This document shows, one piece after another, positions 1-8,882 of a stretch of 27,446 nt of DNA. Origin of the DNA: Candidatus Sulfobium sp. (GTDB lineage Bacteria; Nitrospirota; Thermodesulfovibrionia; Thermodesulfovibrionales; UBA6898); the NCBI GenBank assembly GCA_037380845.1, contig JARRRI010000016.1:1-27446 (forward strand), given 5' to 3'. Each line of letters starts with the position of its first letter. The first letter of the stretch is position 1. The position numbers and the translations under genes were made by a program. The notes below the pieces were generated by a model. It saw nothing but the letters and a program-made list of their open reading frames with translations, did no database searches and was not told the DNA's origin.

Positions 1-1545
1 CAGAAAATCTTCGGCTTTCCTGGCAAACCATACGTCCGCACCCTCGCTGTCCACCATATCTGCGATAGTATTCAGAACGCTCTCGTCATCGGCAAACTGC
101 CCGCATTCTTCACACCTTAGCATCGTAATCGGAACACCCCAGCTCCGCTGCCTGGAAATACACCAGTCCGGACGGTTCGAGACCATTCCGTAAATCCTCT
201 CCCTGCCCCACCTGGGTATCCAGACCACCCTGTCTATTTCTTCAAGACATGCCTTGCGGAGATCATTGCGTTCGACGGAAATAAACCACTGCTCGGTGGC
301 ACGGAAGATCACCGGCTTCTTGCACCTCCAGCAGTGAGGGTAAGAATGGGTTATCTTTACCTCTTTTACGAGAGCACCCTTCTCCTTAAGCATGTCCACA
401 ATCACGGCGTTTGCCTTGAAAACGAACTGTCCCTCGAGGTCCCCGGCCTGTTTCGTGAACCGTCCCCTGTCGTCCACAGGTGCATATATATCAAGGCCGT
501 ACCTCAGGCCGATCTCGTAATCGTCTTCACCGTGTCCCGGAGCGATATGTACAACGCCCGTGCCGTCATCGAGCGAAACGAAATCCCCGAGCACGGCCTG
601 TGACTTCCGCCCCGTGAAAGGATGGTCTGCCTCCATGCCCTCAAGTTCTTTCCCCGCTATCCTGGTTATTACATCTCCCGAGAGACCGATGGCCTGACGG
701 AGTGCCTCAAGCCTGCCCTCAGCAACGATAAGTACTTCTCCGTCCTTCTCGACTGCGGCATATTCCAGGTCCGGGTGGAAGGCTACAGCCAGGTTCGCAG
801 GCAGCGTCCAGGGGGTCGTCGTCCAGATAACTACGAACACGTCACGGCCTTTGAGCGAGGGCAGGTACCTCTCTATATTGTCTTCGTCGACCCTGAACTT
901 TACGTATACCGACGGCGATTCCCTGTCTGCATATTCGACCTCGGCCTCGGCAAGGGCGGTTACGCATGAAGGACACCAGTGGACCGGTTTTTTGCCCTTG
1001 TAGACGTATCCTTTACGGACGAACTTCTTAAACTCTCTGACGATCGCACCCTCGTAACGGTGCGACAAAGTCAGATAAGGCTTCTCCCAGTCACCGAAGA
1101 CGCCGAGTCTCCTGAACTCCTCGCGCTGGATATCTACAAATTTAAGGGCGTATTCCTTGCATAAGGCCCTCTTTTCGATAATGTCTATCTTGTCCTTCCT
1201 TTCACCGAGGTTCTTGTCCACCTGCAGTTCGATCGGCAGCCCGTGGCAATCCCATCCCGGAACATACGGCGAGTAGAAACCATTCATCGACTTATACTTG
1301 ACGATGATATCCTTCAATATCTTGTTCAGTGCGTGTCCCATATGAATATGGCCGTTGGCATAGGGGGGGCCGTCGTGAAGTATGTATCTGCCGCCCGCGG
1401 CCGACTTCCTCAGCCCCTGCATCTTCGTGTAAACCTTCTTTTCCTCCCACATCTGTATCATCTCAGGCTCTCTCTGCGCAAGGTTGGCCTTCATGGGAAA
1501 GCCTGTACGGGGAAGGTTCAGTGTGTCCTTGTAGTCTTTAGCCAT
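1..1545 (-). CDS. ileS: Isoleucyl-tRNA synthetase, N-terminal ~515 codons (continues past window start)
   Basis: Manual minus-strand translation from ATG 1545 gives MAKDYKDTLNLPRTGFPMKANLAQREPE, then LHDGPPYANGHIHMGHALNKILKD (HIGH-type motif), GWDCHGLPIE, WTTTPWTLPAN, GTGVVHIAPGHGEDDY and DWCISRQRSWGVPI. Absent from the ORF track because it runs off the edge. Confidence 0.98.
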   Translation of the reverse strand, partial: MAKDYKDTLNLPRTGFPMKANLAQREPEMIQMWEEKKVYTKMQGLRKSAAGGRYILHDGPPYANGHIHMGHALNKILKDIIVKYKSMNGFYSPYVPGWDCHGLPIELQVDKNLGERKDKIDIIEKRALCKEYALKFVDIQREEFRRLGVFGDWEKPYLTLSHRYEGAIVREFKKFVRKGYVYKGKKPVHWCPSCVTALAEAEVEYADRESPSVYVKFRVDEDNIERYLPSLKGRDVFVVIWTTTPWTLPANLAVAFHPDLEYAAVEKDGEVLIVAEGRLEALRQAIGLSGDVITRIAGKELEGMEADHPFTGRKSQAVLGDFVSLDDGTGVVHIAPGHGEDDYEIGLRYGLDIYAPVDDRGRFTKQAGDLEGQFVFKANAVIVDMLKEKGALVKEVKITHSYPHCWRCKKPVIFRATEQWFISVERNDLRKACLEEIDRVVWIPRWGRERIYGMVSNRPDWCISRQRSWGVPITMLRCEECGQFADDESVLNTIADMVDSEGADVWFARKAEDFL

Positions 1546-1552
1546 AGCCTAA

Positions 1553-1582
1553 AAATTAACACCGCACACGTTTCATTGTCAA
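1553..1582 (-). promoter_or_regulatory. Putative sigma70 promoter for ileS (probably leaderless)
   Basis: Minus strand reads TTGACA-18 nt-(TG.)TAATTT-7 nt-ATG, with no clear Shine-Dalgarno. Confidence 0.6.
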
Positions 1583-1681
1583 GCGCAGTAAGGCAGTATC
1601 GAAGTCGGTCGTTCCTGCCGGTTTTCAGAAGACCCTTTATTGCCGGGCCTCACAGATCACTCCACTGCTACCCAACCGCCC

Positions 1682-1874
1682 TAACCCGCTTTATTCACAA
1701 ATTTTCCTGCATGGCGAAAGGACATAGTGTTTGCGCGGTTTTACTTGCCCGATATTCAGACATTGTGTATCCTGAAATAAAGAGGGCAAGTTCCTCGGAG
1801 GTCGTAACGACCGAGAATGAGCGAAAATACTGTGTCCTTGCGCGTCGGCCACACTTCATGAATAATCCGGGTTA
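1682..1874. mobile_element. MITE-like foldback element (or structured ncRNA)
   Basis: Terminal inverted repeats 1682-1701 and 1855-1874 match 16/20 and both end in TA. Nested inverted repeats at 1718-1736/1821-1839 and 1743-1750/1784-1791. Confidence 0.6.
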
Positions 1875-1931
1875 AAAGGATTTGCGGGACCTCTTCCCGC
1901 CGCAGGTCAAGATGGGGTAAACGCCGGCTTG

Positions 1932-4139
1932 TCAGGCAGACAGGGCCTTCTTTACGGAAATGGCTATTGTACGCTGTGAGAAAGGTTTTTGAATAAATCC
2001 GAGCGCCCCCTGCTTCAGAATCTCCTCTATCCCTCCGAACCCGTTCCTGCTGTATCCGGAGCAAAGCAGCACCCTGACATCCTGGTTGACTGTTTTCAGT
2101 ACCTGAAACACTTCGTTTCCACCCATCTTCGGCATTATCATATCGAGGACAACCAGCGAAACCTTATCTCTCAGCTCCCGGTATATCCTTATCGCCTCAT
2201 TGCCGCTTTCCGCCGTCACTACCTCATAGCCCAGCGGTTCCAGCATGTCCCTGCAAAGCTCGCGCACGTCGGGCTCGTCGTCGACCACAAGGATGGTGCC
2301 GGACCCCCTGATGTTCGGGTCCAGGCCCGCTTCTTCCGTCGCCTCCTCCCTTGCAACCGGCAGGTAGATATTGAAACGCGTTCCCTGAGAAGGCTCACTG
2401 TAAAGGTTTATGTAACCGCCATGGTTGGTAACGATCGAATGAACAATATAGAGACCCAGACCGGTCCCTTTCCCTATCTCCTTGGTGGTAAAGAACGGGT
2501 CGAATATCTTCCCCTGCGTCGCCCGGTCCATGCCGCCCCCGGTATCAGATACGGACAACCTGACAAACCCCCTCTCGCCTTCAAGACTGCCGGCCGCGCC
2601 TCTCTCGCTTCCGACCGCTGAGGTCTCAATCAGCAGCTTCCCGCCCCCTCCCATGGCGTCGCGTGAGTTCACCGCCAGGTTGATTATGACCTGCTGGACC
2701 TGGGAAGGGTCCGCATTTATCAAAGGCAGGCCGTGAGCCAGAGTCGCGATGATCTCTATATTTTTCGGAATACTGTGCTGGAGAAGCTCTATCGAATACC
2801 GTACGATGTCGTTCACATTCACGGGTCTGGTCTCTATCTTTTCCTTCCTGCTTATGCTCAGTATCTTCTGGCCGAAGTCCGCCCCTCTTTGCGCAGCGTC
2901 GTGGATGACCGTTGCCGGTCTGTAGAACGGGTCTCCTTCTTTGCTCATTGACAAGATTATCTCGGAGTAACCGAGTATCGCCGTCAGCAGGTTGTTGAAG
3001 TCGTGTGCCATGCCGCCGGCCAATGTCCCGACGGCCTCCATCTTCTGCGCCCTGATCAGTCTCTCTTCGAGCCTCTTCTTTTCGGTGATGTCTATAATAT
3101 ATCCGTCCATGCCGGTCAAAGAGCCGTCCCCGGCGATCTCCGGATAGAGAGCCAGAGAAATGACCAGTTCCTCTCCGCCCTTTCCGACCGCCCTGCGCTC
3201 CAGATGGATGCCCCTTTCAGGCAGCTTCTTTCCGAGACAATCCGTGGACTCCTTCTGCCCGAATATTTCACATATACCGGACACCTCACCGAACATCTCC
3301 CTGAACCTGCCGTTGGCCTCGACTACCGCCCCCCCGGAATCAAGTCTGAAAATGGCGTGCTCAACCCGCTCGAACAGTGACCTCACTCTTTTTTCCGATT
3401 CCACAAGTTTGTCTTCTTTCTCCTTGAGCGACTTGCACATTGCGGAAAATTCTCCGGAGAGTTCCCGTATCTCGTCACCAGGCCCCTGAGCGACGTTCTC
3501 TTCCGGCAGGACGCCCTCCTTAAACATTGACACGGACCTGTAAAGCCTGGTGACGGGCCTTATGACAAAACGTCCGATCAGGATGTTGATCGACATTATC
3601 GCAAGAAGCGTGATCAAGCCGGAAACCGCGATATCGGCGATGATTATCTCCCGCAGTTCCTGCCTGATCGACGCCGACGAAAGGGCAACCCTGACATATC
3701 CTATCGCTATCGGCGCAGACTCTTTGGATGCCCTGAAGAAAATCGGCCGGTAAAAATCATAGCCATCTGCTCCCCGGATGGACAACGGTTCGACGGACTC
3801 GCTGAAATGGTCCATTGCCGCTGGTTGGGCAGGTTCCCTCATGCTCTCGACAGGATAGGCGTCTATCGCATCCCAAAGGTCAGAGTACACCTGCACCAGA
3901 GTCACATCCGGCGCCTTGATGATATCCGAGGCCTTCTTGATAAGATCCAGGTCTTCATTTACGAGACCTTCCTCGGCGGCGCGCGACAGGGCATAGCTCA
4001 GGGCGGTGCCCCTCCTCACCAGACCCCTTTCCTCGCTGCGCTTGAACGCAGCGGTAAAGAAGCAGGTGGTCACCACTCCGATAACAACAATGACCAGCGT
4101 AACAAGGACCAGGACCCTGGTCCGGAGGGATATTCTCAC
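1932..4139 (-). CDS. Membrane-bound hybrid sensor histidine kinase/response regulator (TM-periplasmic-TM, HAMP, PAS-like, HisKA, HATPase, REC)
   Basis: H-box AHDFNNLL, N-box [28 protein letters not shown], and C-terminal receiver ILVVDDE..LDMIMP..KPF. The ORF extends to TTG 4160, but GTG 4139 has GGAG 7 nt upstream. Confidence 0.93.
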   Translation of the reverse strand: MRISLRTRVLVLVTLVIVVIGVVTTCFFTAAFKRSEERGLVRRGTALSYALSRAAEEGLVNEDLDLIKKASDIIKAPDVTLVQVYSDLWDAIDAYPVESMREPAQPAAMDHFSESVEPLSIRGADGYDFYRPIFFRASKESAPIAIGYVRVALSSASIRQELREIIIADIAVSGLITLLAIMSINILIGRFVIRPVTRLYRSVSMFKEGVLPEENVAQGPGDEIRELSGEFSAMCKSLKEKEDKLVESEKRVRSLFERVEHAIFRLDSGGAVVEANGRFREMFGEVSGICEIFGQKESTDCLGKKLPERGIHLERRAVGKGGEELVISLALYPEIAGDGSLTGMDGYIIDITEKKRLEERLIRAQKMEAVGTLAGGMAHDFNNLLTAILGYSEIILSMSKEGDPFYRPATVIHDAAQRGADFGQKILSISRKEKIETRPVNVNDIVRYSIELLQHSIPKNIEIIATLAHGLPLINADPSQVQQVIINLAVNSRDAMGGGGKLLIETSAVGSERGAAGSLEGERGFVRLSVSDTGGGMDRATQGKIFDPFFTTKEIGKGTGLGLYIVHSIVTNHGGYINLYSEPSQGTRFNIYLPVAREEATEEAGLDPNIRGSGTILVVDDEPDVRELCRDMLEPLGYEVVTAESGNEAIRIYRELRDKVSLVVLDMIMPKMGGNEVFQVLKTVNQDVRVLLCSGYSRNGFGGIEEILKQGALGFIQKPFSQRTIAISVKKALSA

Positions 4140-4236
4140 GCTACGGCTCCACTCCTTCAATTATCAGTGTCAGACACGTTAACAAACAGTGCGAACGAGA
4201 GATGAAACATCCCTTTCTCATCCGATTACAAAACAT

Positions 4237-4318
4237 GATTATTCCGGAGCCCTCTCATTCAGGCTTGCCTGGCTGCCGGCGGGCAGAAAGATTCCGGACC
4301 TGCACTTGCGGGAATGAC
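4237..4318. repeat. Degenerate copy/doublet of the GTCATTCC..GGAATCC palindromic repeat family
   Basis: GATTCCGGACCTGCACTTGCGGGAATGAC at 4290-4318; weak left arm GATTATTCCGGA at about 4237. Confidence 0.5.
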
Positions 4319-4368
4319 AACAATTTCGGTCCGTCATTGTCGATGTAGCTGACACCTTTTAAAAGGCC

Positions 4369-5205
4369 TCACTGAAGATCCAGAAACGACACCACACCTA
4401 GTGAACTTATAAACCTTTGCCCGTCTTCGCTCAGCGCAAAACTCACGAACTTCATTACTTCGGGCTTCGGTTGCGGGGGGACCAGCAGAAAAAGAGGTCT
4501 CCTTAACCCGTACGTTCCGTCGACAATAGTCTTTATTGTGGGGTAAACGCCGTTCACCTTCAGTATTTTCACCTTCCGCTTCCTGGCGCTGGTAAAGCCT
4601 GTTGCAGCAAACCCGTCAGGCGTCCTCTCGACAAGCTGCTCGACGATTCCCGACGATGGAACAAGGCGGGCATTCGGAGACGATATCCTCTTTCCGTTAA
4701 GAACCAGTTTCCTGATGGAGGTTTCCACACCTGAAAGGCCCTTTCGGGGCCGCGAAAGGAACAACTTTATCGGACCGCCGCGGCCTCCCAGTTCCCGCCA
4801 GTCGGTTATCCTCCCCAGATAGACGGACCGAACGGCATCCAGAGAGATATCGCTGACCGGATTTGTCGGGTAGACTATGAACACAAGCGCGTCCCAGGCG
4901 ACCTGTATGAATTGCAGGCCCCTGGGGTCTCCGGCGATTCTCCCCCTGCAGGACGCTGCAAAATCGACATTTCCGCTCTTAAGGTCCTGGATCCCGACTA
5001 CGCTTCCGCCTCCGCGCACGAAGACCCTCGTGCCTGTCCTTCTCTCGAACTCTTCGGCCAGCGCGCTCAGATATCCGACATTGCTTATCGAACACCCGCT
5101 TCCCGTGATATAATCGGCCGGCCAGGCCGGGCGCGGCACCGCGAACAGAAATGAAAGCAGTGCCAGTGTGAGGCATATGGTCACGACTTTGAAAGAGTTC
5201 TGCAT
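4369..5205 (-). CDS. Periplasmic substrate-binding protein, PstS/PBP fold (orphan)
   Basis: Signal peptide MQNSFKVVTICLTLALLSFLFAVPRPAWPA; VRGGGSVVGI, VAWDALVFIVYPTNPVSDIS, YLGRITDWRELGG, GTYGLRRPLF and FALSEDGQ are typical PstS-like segments. The start could instead be 5214. Confidence 0.85.
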   Translation of the reverse strand: MQNSFKVVTICLTLALLSFLFAVPRPAWPADYITGSGCSISNVGYLSALAEEFERRTGTRVFVRGGGSVVGIQDLKSGNVDFAASCRGRIAGDPRGLQFIQVAWDALVFIVYPTNPVSDISLDAVRSVYLGRITDWRELGGRGGPIKLFLSRPRKGLSGVETSIRKLVLNGKRISSPNARLVPSSGIVEQLVERTPDGFAATGFTSARKRKVKILKVNGVYPTIKTIVDGTYGLRRPLFLLVPPQPKPEVMKFVSFALSEDGQRFISSLGVVSFLDLQ

Positions 5206-5291
5206 AACGATCATACCGGACCGAAAACAAGGTTCACAATTAGCAGGCGGCAGGGGAACAACAGTGCCGTCTGCCTTATGACGCATGAGAG

Positions 5292-6068
5292 CTACGGATA
5301 TGCGCCTGCAGGCGCCTCTCTCCCGGAGCCTTCCGCCACATCGTCATTCGTCTTCCTTATTATCCAGATATTGCCGAATTCCCTTTCCTGATACACCCGC
5401 GCCAAACCAAGTCTGAGCAATTCCAGAAGAGCAAGAAACGACACAATCAGCCGGGTCCTTGTCAACTGCTCCCCGAAGAGCTCCTCGAACCTCACAGCAT
5501 CAGACTTGTCCAGGATATCCATGATGAAAACCATCCTGTCCTTAACCGTCAGCAACTCCCTGGTAACGGTACGCACTTCCGGGGGGGCGGAGTCAAGCAT
5601 TTTCTTGAAGGCCCCCAGGAGGTCGAAGATGTTCACGTCAAAGAGATAAAGCTCAGGCGCCTCGTCCGCATCTTCACTTCCCTCGTTTTCGGGCGCCCGC
5701 CCGAATACCAGGAGCGCCTCCTCTTCCCTTTCCTTCAGGACGAAGGCCGCGTCCTTGTAAGTCTGGTATTCAAGGAGCCTCTGGACCAGCTCGAGCCTGG
5801 GGTCCTCGGTCTCCTCCACCTCCGATACCTCGTCGACAGGCAGAAGCATCCGCGATTTTATATGGATGAGCGTGGCTGCCATCACCAGAAATTCTCCGGC
5901 GATATCCAGATTGAGCTCCTTCATCATTTCAATATACTCCAGATAGCGATGGGTAATAAAGGATATGGGAATATCGTAAATATCGATTTTGGCTTCCCTG
6001 ATGAGATGGAGCAGAAGATCGAGAGGACCCTCAAAAACCGGGAGTTTTATTTCGTAAAGTTCTTCCAT
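5292..6068 (-). CDS. scpA: Segregation and condensation protein A (kleisin)
   Basis: FEGPLDLLLHLI, DIPIS.IT..YL, FLVMAATLIHIKSRMLLP and FLALLEL motifs. Confidence 0.96.
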   Translation of the reverse strand: MEELYEIKLPVFEGPLDLLLHLIREAKIDIYDIPISFITHRYLEYIEMMKELNLDIAGEFLVMAATLIHIKSRMLLPVDEVSEVEETEDPRLELVQRLLEYQTYKDAAFVLKEREEEALLVFGRAPENEGSEDADEAPELYLFDVNIFDLLGAFKKMLDSAPPEVRTVTRELLTVKDRMVFIMDILDKSDAVRFEELFGEQLTRTRLIVSFLALLELLRLGLARVYQEREFGNIWIIRKTNDDVAEGSGREAPAGAYP

Positions 6069-6084
6069 GTTTCCAGGTTGCTGT

Positions 6085-6093
6085 ATTCTAACA
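6085..6093 (-). promoter_or_regulatory. Putative extended -10 promoter for scpA
   Basis: Minus strand TGTTAGAAT lies 16 nt upstream of the ATG. Confidence 0.45.
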
Positions 6094-6118
6094 GATCACA
6101 AAAAATTTAGCGTACATG

Positions 6119-6148
6119 AAGCTATCAAGCTCCAAGCTATCAAGCTTC
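6119..6148. repeat. Short tandem repeat (AAGCTATCAAGCTYC x2)
   Basis: AAGCTATC AAGCTCC AAGCTATC AAGCTTC. Confidence 0.7.
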
Positions 6149-6230
6149 GTCTCTCCACCCCTTACCCTTCGTCGTAGCCAGACAGCTGAGCGCCGATGGC
6201 TCTCCGCTCGTTTGCCGGGTTGAGGTCCTG

Positions 6231-7658
6231 CTAGCCGGTCTGTCTTCCTGTCGGCTTGCACAGGTATTCGTGTATGGCCCTGGCTGCCTTCCTCCCGGCA
6301 CCCATGGCCGATATAACGGTTGCCGATCCGGTTACGATATCGCCACCCGCGTAGACACCTTCCCTGCTCGTGCATCCGGTCTCATCGTCTGCAGCAATAT
6401 ATCCTTCTGTGGTAAGCACAAGGCCGCTCGTACTGCGCGGAACAAGGGGGTTTGCCCCCGTCCCGACCGCCACAATCACGACATCCACCGGGATTCTGAA
6501 CTCGGTGCCCTTCTTCTTTACCGGACGCCTCCTTCCGGAATCATCAGGTTCGGTAAGTTCCATCCGGATGCACTCCATCTCCTTCACCCTGCCGTTCTCC
6601 CCGATAATCCTTACCGGATTGGTCAGAAGCTCGAACCGCACCCCCTCCTCCGCGGCATGGTGGATTTCCTCCCTTCTGGCCGGCATTTCGGCTTCGGAAC
6701 GGCGGTAGACGATCACCGCCTCCTCCGCGCCCAGGCGAAGAGCGGTCCGGACCGAGTCCATCGCCACGTTACCGCCCCCTATGACCGCAACCCTTTTCCC
6801 TCTTATTACAGGGGTGTCATGTCTGGGAAAATCATATGCCTTCATCAGGTTCGTCCTGGTCAGAAACTCGTTGGCGGAGTAAACGCCGTTCAGGTTTTCT
6901 CCCTCTATGTTCATGAACCTGGGCAGGCCGGCGCCCGTGGCTATATAGCAGGCGTCATGGTCCTCCATCAGTTCTCCGACCGTCATGAGTTTGCCTACTA
7001 CTGCGTTCCTGACTATTTCAACGCCCATCTTCTTCAAGAGTTCGATTTCGCACGTTACTATGAGTTTAGGCAGCCTGAATTCAGGTATCCCGTAGTAAAG
7101 AACGCCCCCGGCCTCATGCAGGGCCTCGTAAATGACCACCCTGTGCCCGAGTTTGGCCAAGTCATAGGCACAGGTAAGTCCCGACGGTCCGCTCCCCACA
7201 ATCGCGACACTCTTACCCGACTGCGGGGCGACCGGCGGAACGGTCACGGAACATTGCCTTCTCTCCCAGTCTGCCGCAAATCTTTCAAGCCGGCCTATCG
7301 CGACCGGTTCGTACTTCCTTCCCAGGACGCAGAACTTCTCGCACTGTTCCTCCTGGGGGCACACACGGCCGCATACGGCGGGCAATACATTTTTTTGCCT
7401 GATCAGCTCTATAGCGCCCTCAAAGTCCCCCCCTCTCAGGCGCTCGATAAAACCGGGTATGGGCACATTGACCGGACAACCCTTCACGCAGCCCGGATTT
7501 TTGCACTGCAGGCACCTTTTCGCCTCCTCCATCGCCAGCTCCGGAGTATATCCGAGGGACACCTCTTCGAAGTTGCAGCGCCGGCTCAAGGGTTCCTGCT
7601 CAGGCGCCGGTATCCGCCGGGGGACGATTCGCGATCCTTTCCCGCCTTTATCTTTCAT
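6231..7658 (-). CDS. nfnB: NfnB/SudA-type flavoprotein (GltD-like large subunit of NADH-dependent ferredoxin:NADP+ oxidoreductase)
   Basis: RCLQCKNPGCVKGCP and VCGRVCPQEEQCE Fe-S motifs; GSGPSG and GGGNVA Rossmann motifs; GGDIVTGSATVISAMGAG. Adjacent to an NfnA-like gene, with no gltB nearby. Confidence 0.88.
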   Translation of the reverse strand: MKDKGGKGSRIVPRRIPAPEQEPLSRRCNFEEVSLGYTPELAMEEAKRCLQCKNPGCVKGCPVNVPIPGFIERLRGGDFEGAIELIRQKNVLPAVCGRVCPQEEQCEKFCVLGRKYEPVAIGRLERFAADWERRQCSVTVPPVAPQSGKSVAIVGSGPSGLTCAYDLAKLGHRVVIYEALHEAGGVLYYGIPEFRLPKLIVTCEIELLKKMGVEIVRNAVVGKLMTVGELMEDHDACYIATGAGLPRFMNIEGENLNGVYSANEFLTRTNLMKAYDFPRHDTPVIRGKRVAVIGGGNVAMDSVRTALRLGAEEAVIVYRRSEAEMPARREEIHHAAEEGVRFELLTNPVRIIGENGRVKEMECIRMELTEPDDSGRRRPVKKKGTEFRIPVDVVIVAVGTGANPLVPRSTSGLVLTTEGYIAADDETGCTSREGVYAGGDIVTGSATVISAMGAGRKAARAIHEYLCKPTGRQTG

Positions 7659-7766
7659 CGCATCATATCTTCAGGCACCGGGTAAATCCGGGGTAAGCGG
7701 CAAAAAAAGCCAGACTCCATCCTCCGACCTGCAACCTCAAGACTCATACGTCTTATCGAGGATTGT

Positions 7767-8612
7767 TCACTCGCAGATAGCATTTGCATGAGCCCTCTGC
7801 CACTCCTCGAAGGACATGTTCTCCTCATTCGCGTAGGTCCTCTGGCGGGCCATCAAAAGGTCCCAGTCGACCATATGACCGTCGAAATCCGGCCCGTCGA
7901 TGCAGGCGAACCTGGTTTCCCCGCCGACCGATACCCGGCATCCGCCGCACATTCCGGTTCCGTCTACCATAATGGGGTTCAGACTCACTACAGTCTTTAT
8001 GCCGAAGGGTTTCGTCGTACTGCAGACAAACTTCATCATTACAGCGGGGCCGACAGCCATCACCATGCCGGCGCCGCCCTTTTCAATCTCAAGCCGGAGG
8101 GCATCAGTTACGACACCCCTCATCCCCCTGCTGCCGTCATCCGTTGTTACGACAACCCTGTCGCTTACACTCCGCATCTCTTCTTCGTAAATCAGCAAGT
8201 CGGCGCTGCGTGCGCCCATAATCGCCACCACCTCGTTCCCCGCGGCCTTGAAGGCCCGCGAAATCGGATAGAGTGGAGCGACACCGAAGCCCCCGCCGAC
8301 CAGGATCACCCTGCCGACTCTTTCGATATGGGTCGGCTCTCCCAGCGGTCCGCAGAGATCGAGTATATCCTCACCTTCCTCCATTAGAGACATCTCGTGA
8401 GTGGTCTTGCCGACCGCCATCACGATGAGGCTTATGGTGCCCTCTCCGGGGTCTATGTCGGCAAGCGAAAGCGGTATCCGCTCTCCTTCGCTGTTTATGC
8501 GAATAATGACGAACTGACCAGGTTTGGCCTTCTTCGATATCAGAGGGGCGTCGATTTTGTAATAAAAGACGTCCGGCCTCCTGATCAGTCTTTTTTCGAT
8601 AATCCGTGCCAT
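7767..8612 (-). CDS. nfnA: NfnA/SudB-type FNR-like [2Fe-2S] flavoprotein (small subunit)
   Basis: KAKPGQFVII, GERIPLSLAD, GPLGEP, GGGFGVAP, and the SLNPIMVDGTGMCGGCRV..FACIDGPDF signature. Start taken at ATG 8612 (MARIIEK). Confidence 0.9.
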   Translation of the reverse strand: MARIIEKRLIRRPDVFYYKIDAPLISKKAKPGQFVIIRINSEGERIPLSLADIDPGEGTISLIVMAVGKTTHEMSLMEEGEDILDLCGPLGEPTHIERVGRVILVGGGFGVAPLYPISRAFKAAGNEVVAIMGARSADLLIYEEEMRSVSDRVVVTTDDGSRGMRGVVTDALRLEIEKGGAGMVMAVGPAVMMKFVCSTTKPFGIKTVVSLNPIMVDGTGMCGGCRVSVGGETRFACIDGPDFDGHMVDWDLLMARQRTYANEENMSFEEWQRAHANAICE

Positions 8613-8617
8613 TTTGT

Positions 8618-8626
8618 ATTTTAACA
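8618..8626 (-). promoter_or_regulatory. Putative extended -10 promoter for nfnAB (probably leaderless)
   Basis: Minus strand TGTTAAAAT-ACAAA-ATG, with no Shine-Dalgarno. Confidence 0.55.
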
Positions 8627-8711
8627 AAGGTATGCGGGGTTTTACCAAGGAGGAAAAGCGTTAGAGGTTGGGGGTATGAGGCGAAGAATGAGGTTAAGCT
8701 TGAGGATGAGG

Positions 8712-8845
8712 CGTCTCACGATTCACGTTTCAAGGTCTTCACCAATTCACGGTCTTCGTACCTTTGTGGCTTTGTGTGAGGCAGATTCTTTATGGTCTTT
8801 ACCGTTTCACGATTCACGTTTCACGGTCTTTAACACGTTTCACGA
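8712..8845. repeat. TTCACG-based heptamer arrays / 28-bp direct repeat
   Basis: CGTCTCACGATTCACGTTTCAAGGTCTT (8712-8739) vs CGTTTCACGATTCACGTTTCACGGTCTT (8803-8830), 2 mismatches, plus extra units. Confidence 0.75.
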
Positions 8846-8847
8846 TT

Positions 8848-8876
8848 TTGACAGGCGGAGGACTTTGTTTTAGAAT
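8848..8876 (+). promoter_or_regulatory. Near-consensus sigma70 promoter for the lipoprotein gene (leaderless)
   Basis: TTGACA-17 nt-TAGAAT-6 nt-ATG(8883). Confidence 0.75.
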
Positions 8877-8882
8877 AACACC

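Noticed and set aside
1546..1681. T-box riboswitch upstream of ileS
   Set aside because: No T-box consensus seen, and a promoter lies immediately before the ATG.
334..1875. Plus-strand ORFs over the first 1.9 kb
   Set aside because: Shadows of ileS, which the ORF track missed because it runs off the window.
6270..7685. 471-aa plus-strand ORF
   Set aside because: Antisense shadow of nfnB, expected in GC-rich coding DNA; no recognisable motifs.
8712..8845. 28-bp direct repeat pair as a possible mini-CRISPR
   Set aside because: Only two copies, built from internal heptamers, with a 63-bp gap and no cas genes.
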